64,000 bases of DNA from Nitrososphaerota archaeon (GCA_033581555.1 JAVQSZ010000003.1:1-64000); one strand, 5' to 3'; numbered from the stretch's first letter, positions 29,702-38,406 are shown. The notes: generated by a model from the sequence alone, not told the origin. Numbers and translations are program-made.

Positions 29702-30932
29702 CTCCCTTGCTCCTTCTGGGAATCCAGGGCCTCTGCCCAGCTATAACGTTGCCAGTCGAGCCCGAGACGACCACCATGAACTCCCTGCCCGACATCTCGT
29801 ACTTCACGAACCACCAGGGGTCGTAGACCAGCTCAGGCTCGCCTGCCTCGAAAGCGCTGACGTCGAACTTCCTCAGCGTCGTGTACCTGGACCTGATAGT
29901 CTCTAAGGCCGTGCCTTTGGCAAAATTGACGGCCTCGGCCTCGTCCATCTCCGCGTTCAGGACTTCGTCGCCGGTCCTCCTGAAGGGCAGCTTCCTCTCA
30001 AGGGGGACCCTGAAGGCCTCCGGGTCTGGCTGGTAGGCCGCAGACCTCCTCGCCACGACCGGGACTTGCATGAGCTCATCGACCGTCTCCTTCCTTTCCC
30101 TATCCGCGATCGTCCGCCCGGCCTTCCCGCCGAGTGCCGCTCCGAGCAGCTCGAGCCCGATCTCTTGGGCCACCTTAGCGACCTCGCTCTTCGTCTTGAC
30201 GAGGCCCCTTTCGCCGATCACCTCACCCCGAACCCTAACCGGGACCACCCATATCGGGACGTACGCAGACCAGATCTCTCCCCAGCTCGCCCTCTCGACC
30301 ATTCCCTTGGTGACAAGTATCCCCTTCGCGGCGAAGTCCTGCGCGATCCTCATCGCGGCGCTCCCGTCGACGGACATCGGGACCATCGACATCCTCGGAG
30401 GCTTCTCGCCGGTCGGGTTGTTCGCGTAACCGCAGTACCCGCATATGACGAGGACCTCCTCTGGGTCGTAGGTGAGTGGCGCTCCGCAGTGTAGGCACGC
30501 CTCTAGACGGGGGCGCTGTGTCGGTCGGGCTTGTCGAACCGGCAGTTGAGGCTGGGAGGACTGGGTCGGCACCGTCGTCTGAGGCGTTCCGAACAGCTTC
30601 CCCAGGGGGGTCGAGCTGAGCATCTCCAGCGCCTCTCGGGCCTCAAGCTGCCTCCAACCCACGATCGCCGACGGGTTAGCGCAAGACTCCATGAGCGCCT
30701 GGTCCACCAGGTCCTTCAGCTCTTCAGGCCCCTCGACATCCACCCTCAGCTCCTCCGGCGACCCGCCAGCCCTTATCGTCCCCTTCTTCATGAAGCCCCT
30801 GCTCACCTCGACGAGGAGGCTCCTCTGCCCCGGCAAGTGCTTGTTGACCTTCCATCCCGACCTCTGGAGGATCTCGATCAGATTTCGCTGAAAGGCGGTC
30901 ATGTCTACCCCGGCGTTCCTGTACGTCGGCAT
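29685..30932 (-). CDS. Zn-ribbon protein (YdjG-like), soluble paralogue with extra N-terminal domain
   Basis: CLHCGAPL...CGYCG, YVPIWV, YDPWW...Y...G....VVSGSTG.V; no C-terminal TM. Confidence 0.7.
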   Translation of the reverse strand: MPTYRNAGVDMTAFQRNLIEILQRSGWKVNKHLPGQRSLLVEVSRGFMKKGTIRAGGSPEELRVDVEGPEELKDLVDQALMESCANPSAIVGWRQLEAREALEMLSSTPLGKLFGTPQTTVPTQSSQPQLPVRQARPTQRPRLEACLHCGAPLTYDPEEVLVICGYCGYANNPTGEKPPRMSMVPMSVDGSAAMRIAQDFAAKGILVTKGMVERASWGEIWSAYVPIWVVPVRVRGEVIGERGLVKTKSEVAKVAQEIGLELLGAALGGKAGRTIADRERKETVDELMQVPVVARRSAAYQPDPEAFRVPLERKLPFRRTGDEVLNAEMDEAEAVNFAKGTALETIRSRYTTLRKFDVSAFEAGEPELVYDPWWFVKYEMSGREFMVVVSGSTGNVIAGQRPWIPRRSKGGGKVA

Positions 30933-30935
30933 CAG

Positions 30936-31469
30936 CTAACCCACCTCCGCCAGGCCCTTCAGGATCTTCGTCCTCTCGTCGATCAGCTTGTCGAACTCGG
31001 AGACCGCCGCCCTCACCTCTGAGAGCTTGGCCTTCCACTCGTCCGTCCCGGGTTCCCTGCCCATCAGCTCGGCGACCGAGGACCTGATCGACTCAGCCCT
31101 CTCGATCAGCGAGAGGTCGTGCCTGATCACCGCGTCCAGCTTGTCCTCCTTCACCTTCACCGCGTCGAAGAGGCCCGCGTAGCCTGCGACCGCTTTGTCG
31201 ATCCTCTGCGTCACCCTGTCCAGCTCGGCCCTGAGGTTCTCGAAGAGGAACTTGGAGTCCTGGTCGTACGCGAGCTTCCTGGCTGCAGAGGGCGAGAGCG
31301 GGGAGCTGAGGGACGCCCTGGCCTCCGAGAGCAGCGAGCTGACCTTCCTCCTCACCAGGACGTCGGTCTCCCTCCTGACCTCCTTCTCCTTGTACCCCCT
31401 GTAACCGGGGACGTAGGAGATGATCCTCTCGAGGAGGCCCATCTCCCTCCTGACGCGCTCGACGTCCAT
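30936..31469 (-). CDS. alpha-helical/coiled-coil hypothetical protein
   Basis: LLERIISYVPGYRGYKEKE.RRETD..VR, GYAGLFDAVKV.E..LD....D; heptad-like charge pattern. Confidence 0.75.
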   Translation of the reverse strand: MDVERVRREMGLLERIISYVPGYRGYKEKEVRRETDVLVRRKVSSLLSEARASLSSPLSPSAARKLAYDQDSKFLFENLRAELDRVTQRIDKAVAGYAGLFDAVKVKEDKLDAVIRHDLSLIERAESIRSSVAELMGREPGTDEWKAKLSEVRAAVSEFDKLIDERTKILKGLAEVG

Positions 31470-31493
31470 TCGAGCCCTGTCATCAACCTACCG

Positions 31494-31499
31494 ATATAA
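31494..31499 (-). promoter_or_regulatory. TATA box for the 31469-27970 transcription unit
   Basis: TTATAT on the minus strand about 25 nt before ATG 31469 (leaderless spacing). Confidence 0.6.
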
Positions 31500-31541
31500 G
31501 GCCTACACCGACGAGCAGGCCGAACCTCTAAAAGGACCGAG

Positions 31542-32552
31542 TCACGTCATATCCCTCCTGTAGATCCTCTCGATCAAGCCCGGTTTCCTCCGCCCCTCCG
31601 TGACCGGCTCGTGGGCCTTCGCTGGTGCTAGGGCGGCCCTGGCGTAGTAGGCGGAGGCCGTCGCCATACCGGCAAGCGCGGTGACGGCCGTCAACCAGCT
31701 CGAACCCCAGATGACCGCAGCGAGCGTTATCCCCGCGACCAAGTGCAGCGCGGATATGCCGAGGTAAGCTGCCCTCTCGGCGACCTCGGAGGGATACGTC
31801 GCGAGGATCACCCTCGACGACGATGCATCGATCATGGCCCTGTACTTCTTGCCCCGGAACTCATAGGTGACGTCCCAGACGGGGACGTAAACCAGCGAGA
31901 GCTCCCCGACCGAGATCTCGTCGGACCTGGACCTAACCTCGACGACCTCCCTCGAGATGAGCCTCGTCAGCTCCGCGGCGGCCGCCCTCTCTGCGGCCCT
32001 CCTCGCCTCTTCCCTGCTCACTGTGGCGCCGTGAAGGACGCCTCCGTGCCTCCTGACGTACTCGTGGCTGAAGTAGAGCCTCGCCCTCGAGACCGCGACC
32101 ATCTCCCCCTCCACTGGAACCTCTCCGCTCGCGGGGACCGCGAACTCGATCAGCCTCTCGAAGCTCCCGGACTCCTCCCTCCGGATCAACTTGACGGTCC
32201 TGAAGCCCTTGCCGTCCGGATTCGAGTACTCCGCGTCCTCCCCGAGCCCGGTGAAGGCAGTCGAGGCACGGACGGTCGCGACCCAGAACGGATAGAAGTG
32301 GAGGCTCACTTCCCTGAGGACCATCTCCCTCGGGAGCGACTCGTCGTAGAGGTGCTGCTTCTCGGCCCAAAGCAGGAAGTTCTCTAAGGCCTTGCTGCTG
32401 TCGTAATGGACAGGTAGGACGTACCTCTTCTCCTCCTCGAAGGTCCTGAAGGTCACGCCGCAGTAGCCGCACCTGATCGCGACGTCTCCCTCCCTCACCT
32501 CGTGGGACGCGCCGCAGTTCGGGCACCGGTAAGTCCCAGCGACGCCGCTCAT
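31542..32552 (-). CDS. Zn-ribbon protein (YdjG-like) with two C-terminal TM helices
   Basis: CPNCGA...CGYCG, FYPFWV, YVPVW...Y...GKKY...IDA; ATG 32552 overlaps the upstream stop. Confidence 0.75.
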   Translation of the reverse strand: MSGVAGTYRCPNCGASHEVREGDVAIRCGYCGVTFRTFEEEKRYVLPVHYDSSKALENFLLWAEKQHLYDESLPREMVLREVSLHFYPFWVATVRASTAFTGLGEDAEYSNPDGKGFRTVKLIRREESGSFERLIEFAVPASGEVPVEGEMVAVSRARLYFSHEYVRRHGGVLHGATVSREEARRAAERAAAAELTRLISREVVEVRSRSDEISVGELSLVYVPVWDVTYEFRGKKYRAMIDASSSRVILATYPSEVAERAAYLGISALHLVAGITLAAVIWGSSWLTAVTALAGMATASAYYARAALAPAKAHEPVTEGRRKPGLIERIYRRDMT

Positions 32553-33550
32553 CCCTCGAGCACCCTCACGTCCTCCTCCTTCGAGAGCCTCTTCAACCTC
32601 TGGATTGCGGTCGCGGACCTCGCGGAGAGGTAACCCCAGAGCGCCGCTAGACCGGGCGGTAGGGCTAGGAGGATCAGCTTGGCTTCTAGGCTGACGTCCT
32701 CGTAGAGGAGGGGCTCGATGACTGGTCCCAGCGCAGCGGTGGCGAGCACCGCACCTGCTCCTACGAGCATCCACTTCGCCCTCCTCAGCAGGCTTACCGG
32801 AGCCTCCGCCTTCAGCACCTTCACCCCACCCTCCGCGCCGTCGACGCAGAGCCTGTAGGACTTCCCTCGGGACTCGTACCGGGCCTCGACCACTGGGTAG
32901 AGGACGAGCCTGATCGAGGAGCGGTCCGTCTCGGTGTAGCAGTCGAAGACCTTCGTCGCCATCGACTCAACCCTCGACCTGTGCGCGTCGGCGGCCCCTA
33001 CCTCGGCGGATTTCCAGGCCTCCTCTTCGGTGAGCTCGGATCCCAAGACCTCCCAGCCCCTCAGCGCTCCTGGGTCGAGCCCTCCAGCGGCTTCGTAGCG
33101 CGTCAGCGCGCTCCACTTCACCGCCCCGAGCCCGAATATCGACTCGAACTTCCTCCCGTAAACCGCGACCGCGAGCCTCTCGTCGAGCGTGCCCGTCACG
33201 GGATAGTAGACCTTATAGACCGTCGTTCTGCGTCCAGTGGATCTGGTCTTGTGCTCGACCTTGTACCCGTTGTAACGGGTTCTCGCCCTCAGCTCCGCCA
33301 CCCAGACCGGGACTGCGACGAACCTGACGTCCCGTATCGAGGCCCCCTTTCCTCCCTCCTTACGGACCGCGCGCTCCACGAAGTCCCTCAGCTCCTGAGC
33401 GCGGGCCGGACGGACCATAAGGGGGCTGGCCCCCAAGGGGAAGGAGGACTCGACGTGGCCGCAGTAAGAGCAGACGGAGACGACCGTGTCGGGAGAGAGC
33501 TCGATGGGGGCCCCGCAGTTCTGGCACCTGTGAGCGGCCTCCGTCAGCAT
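32549..33550 (-). CDS. Zn-ribbon protein (YdjG-like) with two C-terminal TM helices
   Basis: CQNCGAP...CSYCG, AVPVWV, LYPV....Y...GKSY...VDG. Confidence 0.75.
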   Translation of the reverse strand: MLTEAAHRCQNCGAPIELSPDTVVSVCSYCGHVESSFPLGASPLMVRPARAQELRDFVERAVRKEGGKGASIRDVRFVAVPVWVAELRARTRYNGYKVEHKTRSTGRRTTVYKVYYPVTGTLDERLAVAVYGRKFESIFGLGAVKWSALTRYEAAGGLDPGALRGWEVLGSELTEEEAWKSAEVGAADAHRSRVESMATKVFDCYTETDRSSIRLVLYPVVEARYESRGKSYRLCVDGAEGGVKVLKAEAPVSLLRRAKWMLVGAGAVLATAALGPVIEPLLYEDVSLEAKLILLALPPGLAALWGYLSARSATAIQRLKRLSKEEDVRVLEG

Positions 33551-33596
33551 CCCAGTCGGATCGGGGCTCGCAGCACTTATGGTTTAGGGCAGGGTG

Positions 33597-34145
33597 TTAG
33601 ACCACGTTGACCCCGAACTCCGACCTGACGAACTCGATAGCCTCCTCCTTCGTCGGCCTGTGGGACCTCGGGATCCTGGACCTCCTTATCCTCCTGTTCT
33701 GGACTCTCAGGCCGGGCCTCGAGAGGTGGACGATCACGTCGAACCCGATCATCCCGAGCTCCGGGTCGTATCTCGTCCCGGGGACGTCGAGGTGCTCCTT
33801 GATCCCGAACGCGAAGTTCCCGTGCTCGTCGAAGCTCTCGGACCCGAGGGTGTTCTTCACCGCGTCCAGAGCCCTCCTCAGGAACTCGAGGGCCCTCTCG
33901 CCACGCAGGGTCACCATTACCGCGATCGGCTCGCCCTTGTGTATCCCGAAGCCCTTGATCGTCTTTTTCGCCTTCCTGACCGACGGCCTCTGACCGGTGA
34001 GCGACTCGACGATCTTCGCGGCCCTCTCGAGCCTGACGCCGGACTCGCCGACGCTGCAGTTCACCACCACCTTCTCCACCCTCAGCCTCCTCATCGGGTT
34101 CAAGGGGCTAGGCGCCTCTGTGCCCGTCACGGGAGCTTCAGCCAA
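33597..34145 (-). CDS. rpl5: 50S ribosomal protein L5
   Basis: NPMR...EKVVVN..VGESG.RL, FD..GNF.FGI.EH.D.PG..YDP. Confidence 0.95.
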   Translation of the reverse strand: MAEAPVTGTEAPSPLNPMRRLRVEKVVVNCSVGESGVRLERAAKIVESLTGQRPSVRKAKKTIKGFGIHKGEPIAVMVTLRGERALEFLRRALDAVKNTLGSESFDEHGNFAFGIKEHLDVPGTRYDPELGMIGFDVIVHLSRPGLRVQNRRIRRSRIPRSHRPTKEEAIEFVRSEFGVNVV

Positions 34146-34846
34146 GGCTCTCCCTCACCCACCGGCATGACGTAGTCGAGGACCGTGGATATCGTTCCCT
34201 CCGAGGTCTGGACGGTCACCAGCTGCTTCGCCGGGTACCGCCTCACCTCTTCGTAGCTGAGGATGGGGCCGTGGAGACCGCTCCTCGAACCCCTGAAGAT
34301 CAGGCCGTACTTTCCAGGGGAGAACTTCAGGTGCGCTAACACCTTCCCGGAAGGCAACTCGACCTTGAAGACGTCGTGGGTCATGATCGACCGCTCCCTC
34401 TCGGTCGGGTCCTTGAGGAGGACGTTGCGGCCGTCGTGGAGGGTGAATTGGAGGGCCCCGCCCTTAACGTGCTGCTTCCTGACTATCAGTCCGAGCTTGA
34501 ACCCTGACTCCCTCCCGTCGATCTCGAGGAGCCCCAGTCCCTTCCGGTAAAGCGGGAGGACCCGGTAATTCTCTCCGGTCTCGGGGAACGTGAGGACGTC
34601 CATCAGCCCAACCGGGAACCTGGGCTCCCTGACGGTCCTGCCGTCGACCGCGATCTTCCCCGACTTGACGATCGTCTCGGCCTCCCTCGCGGTCGACGCC
34701 CTACCGAGCCAGTCCCTGATCACCACCAGGATCGGGACGCTGTACTCCTTCGGGTGAGGCCCAGGACTCGGGACCGGTGCCCACTTCTTCTCCTTGACCG
34801 GGATCCTGAAGGTGACCGGTGCGGCGTACCTCCTGAGGTGCGTCAG
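34127..34846 (-). CDS. rps4e: 30S ribosomal protein S4e (CTG start proposed)
   Basis: Frame extends 40 codons beyond the track ORF: (L)THLRRYAAPVTFRIPVKEKKWAPVPSPGPHPKE; FPVGLMDV, HDGRN. Confidence 0.92.
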   Translation of the reverse strand: MTHLRRYAAPVTFRIPVKEKKWAPVPSPGPHPKEYSVPILVVIRDWLGRASTAREAETIVKSGKIAVDGRTVREPRFPVGLMDVLTFPETGENYRVLPLYRKGLGLLEIDGRESGFKLGLIVRKQHVKGGALQFTLHDGRNVLLKDPTERERSIMTHDVFKVELPSGKVLAHLKFSPGKYGLIFRGSRSGLHGPILSYEEVRRYPAKQLVTVQTSEGTISTVLDYVMPVGEGEPWLKLP

Positions 34847-35241
34847 CCCTCTTCACCCTTCCAGGCCCTCAGCGCATCCCTGCCCTCCTCAAGTAGCTTC
34901 CTGCGGTATTCGTCGCCCAAGTCGAGACTCACCAGCATCACGTTGGAGACGTGTACCGGGACGTTCACGTTCGTACCGTCGGCCTTCTTCCTAGTGACGT
35001 TCTCGAGGTAGACGAACTGCCTCCGCCTGTCGACCCTGATCACCTTCGCCGTGATGCCCCTGTACTCTCCCCTCAGGACCTTGACCGTGTCTCCGACCCT
35101 CACAGGGACCGAACGCCTCCCGTACTTCTCCCTCAACTCCTTGGAGAGGTGGGCCGCCATCAGCTTGCTCGGGCTCTTGACAGCCAGCAGGGCCCTGAGC
35201 TTCCTCTGCTTCGAGGGCTTGGACGAGAGCATCGCCACCAC
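34843..35241 (-). CDS. rpl24: 50S ribosomal protein L24
   Basis: SSKPSKQRK, LSKELREKYG.RS.PVR.GDTVKVLRG. Confidence 0.94.
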   Translation of the reverse strand: MVAMLSSKPSKQRKLRALLAVKSPSKLMAAHLSKELREKYGRRSVPVRVGDTVKVLRGEYRGITAKVIRVDRRRQFVYLENVTRKKADGTNVNVPVHVSNVMLVSLDLGDEYRRKLLEEGRDALRAWKGEEG

Positions 35242-35676
35242 CTAGACGATTATCGAGGCGAGGTTCGCTATTTTCGGCCACCTCTCAGCGGCTTCCTTCG
35301 CGACCGGCCCCCTGATCTCCGTCGCCTTCACGTCGCCCTCCTTCGTCACGACGACCGCGGCCGTGTCCTCGAAGGAGATCCAGGTCCCGTCGGGCCTCCT
35401 GTAGGGCTTCCTCTGCCTCACGATCACTGCGTAGAGGACCTTCTTCCTCAGCTCCACGTCGCCCTTCTTCACCGTCACGGCAACGAGGTCCCCGACGCAG
35501 GCGGCGGGCTGCCTCCTCAGCCTCTGCTTGATGCCGATCACGTTGATCACCTTTAGGACCTGTGCGCCCGAGTTGTCGGTGCAGTTGACGTAGGACCCGA
35601 CGTTGATGGTCCTCGGTATGTTGGGCTTGACCAGCAGCAGGCCTACCTCGGCAACCGCCCTGGACCTACGCGCCAA
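35242..35676 (-). CDS. rpl14: 50S ribosomal protein L14
   Basis: DNSGA, VIVRQRKPYRRPDG..I.FED.A, GPVAKEAAERWP. Confidence 0.95.
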   Translation of the reverse strand: MARRSRAVAEVGLLLVKPNIPRTINVGSYVNCTDNSGAQVLKVINVIGIKQRLRRQPAACVGDLVAVTVKKGDVELRKKVLYAVIVRQRKPYRRPDGTWISFEDTAAVVVTKEGDVKATEIRGPVAKEAAERWPKIANLASIIV

Positions 35677-36013
35677 CCGCTCCTCCCCTCCTGCTCAGGT
35701 TCTCGATCACGACGAAGCTCTTGGTCTTGGAGATCGGCCTGCACTCCGCGAACCTAACCGTGTCGCCGACCTCGACCTCGATGCACGGCGGCAGGTGGAC
35801 CGAGATCCTCTTCCTCTTCCTCATGTACCTCTTGTACTTCCTGATGTAGATCGTGATGTCCCTCTCGACGACCACGGTCTTCCTCATGTACTTCTTGAAG
35901 ACCCTGCCCTCGAGTATGATCCCCCTAACCTTCAGGTGCCCGTGGAAGGGGCACTCCTCGTCGTCGCACTCCCTCGCCGGCGGCGTGACGTCTATCCCGA
36001 TGTCCCTAGTCAT
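35666..36013 (-). CDS. rps17: 30S ribosomal protein S17
   Basis: DIGIDV.PP..EC.D..CPFHG.L.VRG, ECRPISKTKSF; ATG at 36013. Confidence 0.95.
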   Translation of the reverse strand: MTRDIGIDVTPPARECDDEECPFHGHLKVRGIILEGRVFKKYMRKTVVVERDITIYIRKYKRYMRKRKRISVHLPPCIEVEVGDTVRFAECRPISKTKSFVVIENLSRRGGAVGA

Positions 36014-36043
36014 CTCCGATCTGGTAACCGGAACTAGTACCAC

Positions 36044-36051
36044 TTTAATAA
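36044..36051 (-). promoter_or_regulatory. TATA box upstream of rps17
   Basis: TTATTAAA on the minus strand about 31 nt upstream of ATG 36013. Confidence 0.55.
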
Positions 36052-36206
36052 CCATGAGCGCGTTGCCTGCTCCTCCGATGCGCCGGGCGCGTGGCCTTCA
36101 TCCGTCAGGCCGATCGGACCGCAGGGGCCGTTCAACCCGGGACGCCAGCCCACCGCGTCGCAAACGCGCCGAGTGTCCTTAAATCGATGAGGTCGCGGCT
36201 CAGCGA

Positions 36207-36722
36207 GTGCGAGAGGTTCCTTGGGAAGGAGAGGGGCCTTACTTCGAGGACTTCAAGCCCGGCATGCGGATAAGGTCCTGGCCCGGCCGGACGTTCAGGG
36301 AGTGCGATAATCACCTATGGCTCTCAATCACCGGCGACTGCGTACCCCTCTACGTCGACAGCGAGTTCGCCAAATCAACGGAGTTCAGGGGCACCGTCAT
36401 CCATCCACTGATCGTCCTGAATGCGGCGATCGCCTTGAGCATAAAGGACACGAGCGTCAACAGCATCGCCTTCCTCGGTGCGGAGTACATGAGGACGCAC
36501 AAGTACCTACGGCCGGGCGACACGCTCTACGTGGAGACCGAGGTGGTCGAGGTCCGCGAGTCGAGGTCGCGCCCTGAAGCGGGGATCGTGACGTGGATAC
36601 ACCGCGGCTACGACCAGAGGGGAGACTTGGTCTGCGAGGTCAAGAGGACCAACTTGGTTTACAGGAGGGCCCACTCGCCTTGGAGGCGTTACCTCAGGGA
36701 GGCAGGGGTGGCGGGAAAGTGA
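36207..36722 (+). CDS. MaoC-family (FkbR2/Ich-like) acyl-CoA hydratase subunit 1
   Basis: YFEDF..G, PGRT....DN, PGDTLYVETEV...RESRSRP..GIV. Confidence 0.85.
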   Translation: MREVPWEGEGPYFEDFKPGMRIRSWPGRTFRECDNHLWLSITGDCVPLYVDSEFAKSTEFRGTVIHPLIVLNAAIALSIKDTSVNSIAFLGAEYMRTHKYLRPGDTLYVETEVVEVRESRSRPEAGIVTWIHRGYDQRGDLVCEVKRTNLVYRRAHSPWRRYLREAGVAGK

Positions 36723-37219
36723 GCGAACACCTCGGCTACCAAGGGCTATTCTTCGAGGACCTGAAGAGCGGGCAGGTGATAGTTCACAGGCGCGGGAGGA
36801 CGGTGACGTTCCAGGACAACCTGCTGCTCTCTCACCTCCTCCTCAACGCCTCGCCCCTTCACTTCGATGGCGAGTACATGGAGTTCACGGAGTTCAAACG
36901 ACCGCTCCTCGTGATGACATTAGTGCTCGGGGTGACCGTCGGGATCGCCTCAGAGGACCTCAAGAACGTCGCGAGGGAGGTGGAGATCCGCGACCTGAGG
37001 ATGACAGCCCCTGTCTTCGACGGAGACACCCTGCACGTCATCACAGAAGTGCTCGAGAGGCGCGAGGTGTCCGACAGGGTCGACGTCGGCGCGGTCGTGG
37101 TGCATCACAGGACCTACAAGGACGACTACTCGACGCTGGTGATGCAAGTCGACCGAGAGCTGCAGATCTACCGAAAGGGGTGCCGTCCCGCGTGGCGACC
37201 CGAGCCTTCCGGCCCCTAA
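36719..37219 (+). CDS. MaoC-family (FkbR2/Ich-like) acyl-CoA hydratase subunit 2
   Basis: FFEDL..G, GRTVT..DN, N..PLHFD.EY...TEF, PVFDGDTL; GTGA overlap with subunit 1. Confidence 0.85.
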   Translation: MSEHLGYQGLFFEDLKSGQVIVHRRGRTVTFQDNLLLSHLLLNASPLHFDGEYMEFTEFKRPLLVMTLVLGVTVGIASEDLKNVAREVEIRDLRMTAPVFDGDTLHVITEVLERREVSDRVDVGAVVVHHRTYKDDYSTLVMQVDRELQIYRKGCRPAWRPEPSGP

Positions 37220-37306
37220 TACGTGGCACTCGAGCTCAGCTGTCCGGTCGGTGCCGAATTCGAATGAGGGTTCCGGTCGCGATGGTCGATCAACAGACGA
37301 GGGCAG

Positions 37307-37609
37307 TCAGTCGGGCTTCTCCCAGCCCCTTCTCTGCCTCTTCAGCCTCTCCGCAGGAGTGCCTAAAAGCCTGCGCCCCTCCGTCCTGATCCTGGTGCCG
37401 TCGCCGAGCTCTAACACCAGCTTCTCGCAGTTCGATTTGATCAGCCTCACGACGTTACCATCGACCGTCCTCAGCGTGATGAGGTTCGCCGACTCGTCCA
37501 CGATCACGCCCTCGAAGGTGCGGCCTCTCACTTTCGCGGTCGCCCTGTAGCCCAAAAGGGTAACAGGTGCCCTGAGCCGCTCACTTCCTCCGCGCGGCCT
37601 CCGACCCAA
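37307..37609 (-). CDS. rnp1: RNase P protein subunit p29 (Rnp1/Pop4)
   Basis: EGVIVDESAN, G..LLG.PAERLK; position after rpl29; start uncertain. Confidence 0.8.
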   Translation of the reverse strand: MGRRPRGGSERLRAPVTLLGYRATAKVRGRTFEGVIVDESANLITLRTVDGNVVRLIKSNCEKLVLELGDGTRIRTEGRRLLGTPAERLKRQRRGWEKPD

Positions 37610-37802
37610 CCCTCCTCTCCTGCAGGATCGTGAGGGCCCTCGCGAGGCTCCTCCTGAGGTTCCTGAGCCTCATGGGGTTCTCGACACGGCCTCCGGCCTC
37701 GATCTTCGTCCTGAGGGACCTGAGCTCGGTCTTGATCTCAGAGACCTCCTCGAGGAGCTCGGCGTCGGTCTTCTTCCTCAGCTCTTCCACTTCACGCACC
37801 AA
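37581..37802 (-). CDS. rpl29: 50S ribosomal protein L29
   Basis: ELR......L, ENP.RLRNLRR.LAR.LT. Confidence 0.9.
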   Translation of the reverse strand: MVREVEELRKKTDAELLEEVSEIKTELRSLRTKIEAGGRVENPMRLRNLRRSLARALTILQERRVGSEAARRK

Positions 37803-38406
37803 CCCTCTCCTCGCCCCCCTCGACTTTGACCTCCTCGACCAAGGGCTCGGTCGGCGGGTAGATCAGCACCTTGACGCCAAAGATCCCCGCCGGCAGCTGG
37901 ACGTGCGCGACGCCCTTCCTCACCTTGGTCGCGTAGTACCCGGACTTCGGGATCAGCCCGGCCGTGTACTTCTCGGACCTAGCCCTCGCAGAGGTGAGCT
38001 TCCCGCTGATGACGATCTCGGCACCCCTCGCGCCGGCCTCCATGATCCTCCTGAGGGCCCAGAACGCGATCCGCCTCCACCTTATCCCCGCGGCCATCGC
38101 CTGCGCGATCCTCTTCGCCATGATGTTCGGGTCCAGCTCGGGCGCCTCGACCTCCGAGACGACTATCTGCATGTTCTCGAGCTTGAACCTCTGCTCGAGC
38201 TCGGTCTGGAGCGCCTTGATCCTCTTCCCCCTCGGGCCTATCACCAGCCCAGGCCTCATCGTGTAGATGGTGACGGTCGTCCAGATCGGCGTCATCACGA
38301 TGTCCACCTTCCCGATGAACGCGTCCTTGAGGTAGTTCCTCACGAACTCCTCTATCTCCGCCTTGACCCTCGACCGGTTCAGCAACCTCTTCGTAGCAGC
38401 GTCCAA
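37792..38406 (-). CDS. rps3: 30S ribosomal protein S3
   Basis: RPGLVIG..GKRI..L, IMEAGARGAEIVISGKL; TTTATA at 38433-38438 upstream. Confidence 0.95.
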   Translation of the reverse strand: MDAATKRLLNRSRVKAEIEEFVRNYLKDAFIGKVDIVMTPIWTTVTIYTMRPGLVIGPRGKRIKALQTELEQRFKLENMQIVVSEVEAPELDPNIMAKRIAQAMAAGIRWRRIAFWALRRIMEAGARGAEIVISGKLTSARARSEKYTAGLIPKSGYYATKVRKGVAHVQLPAGIFGVKVLIYPPTEPLVEEVKVEGGEERVGA

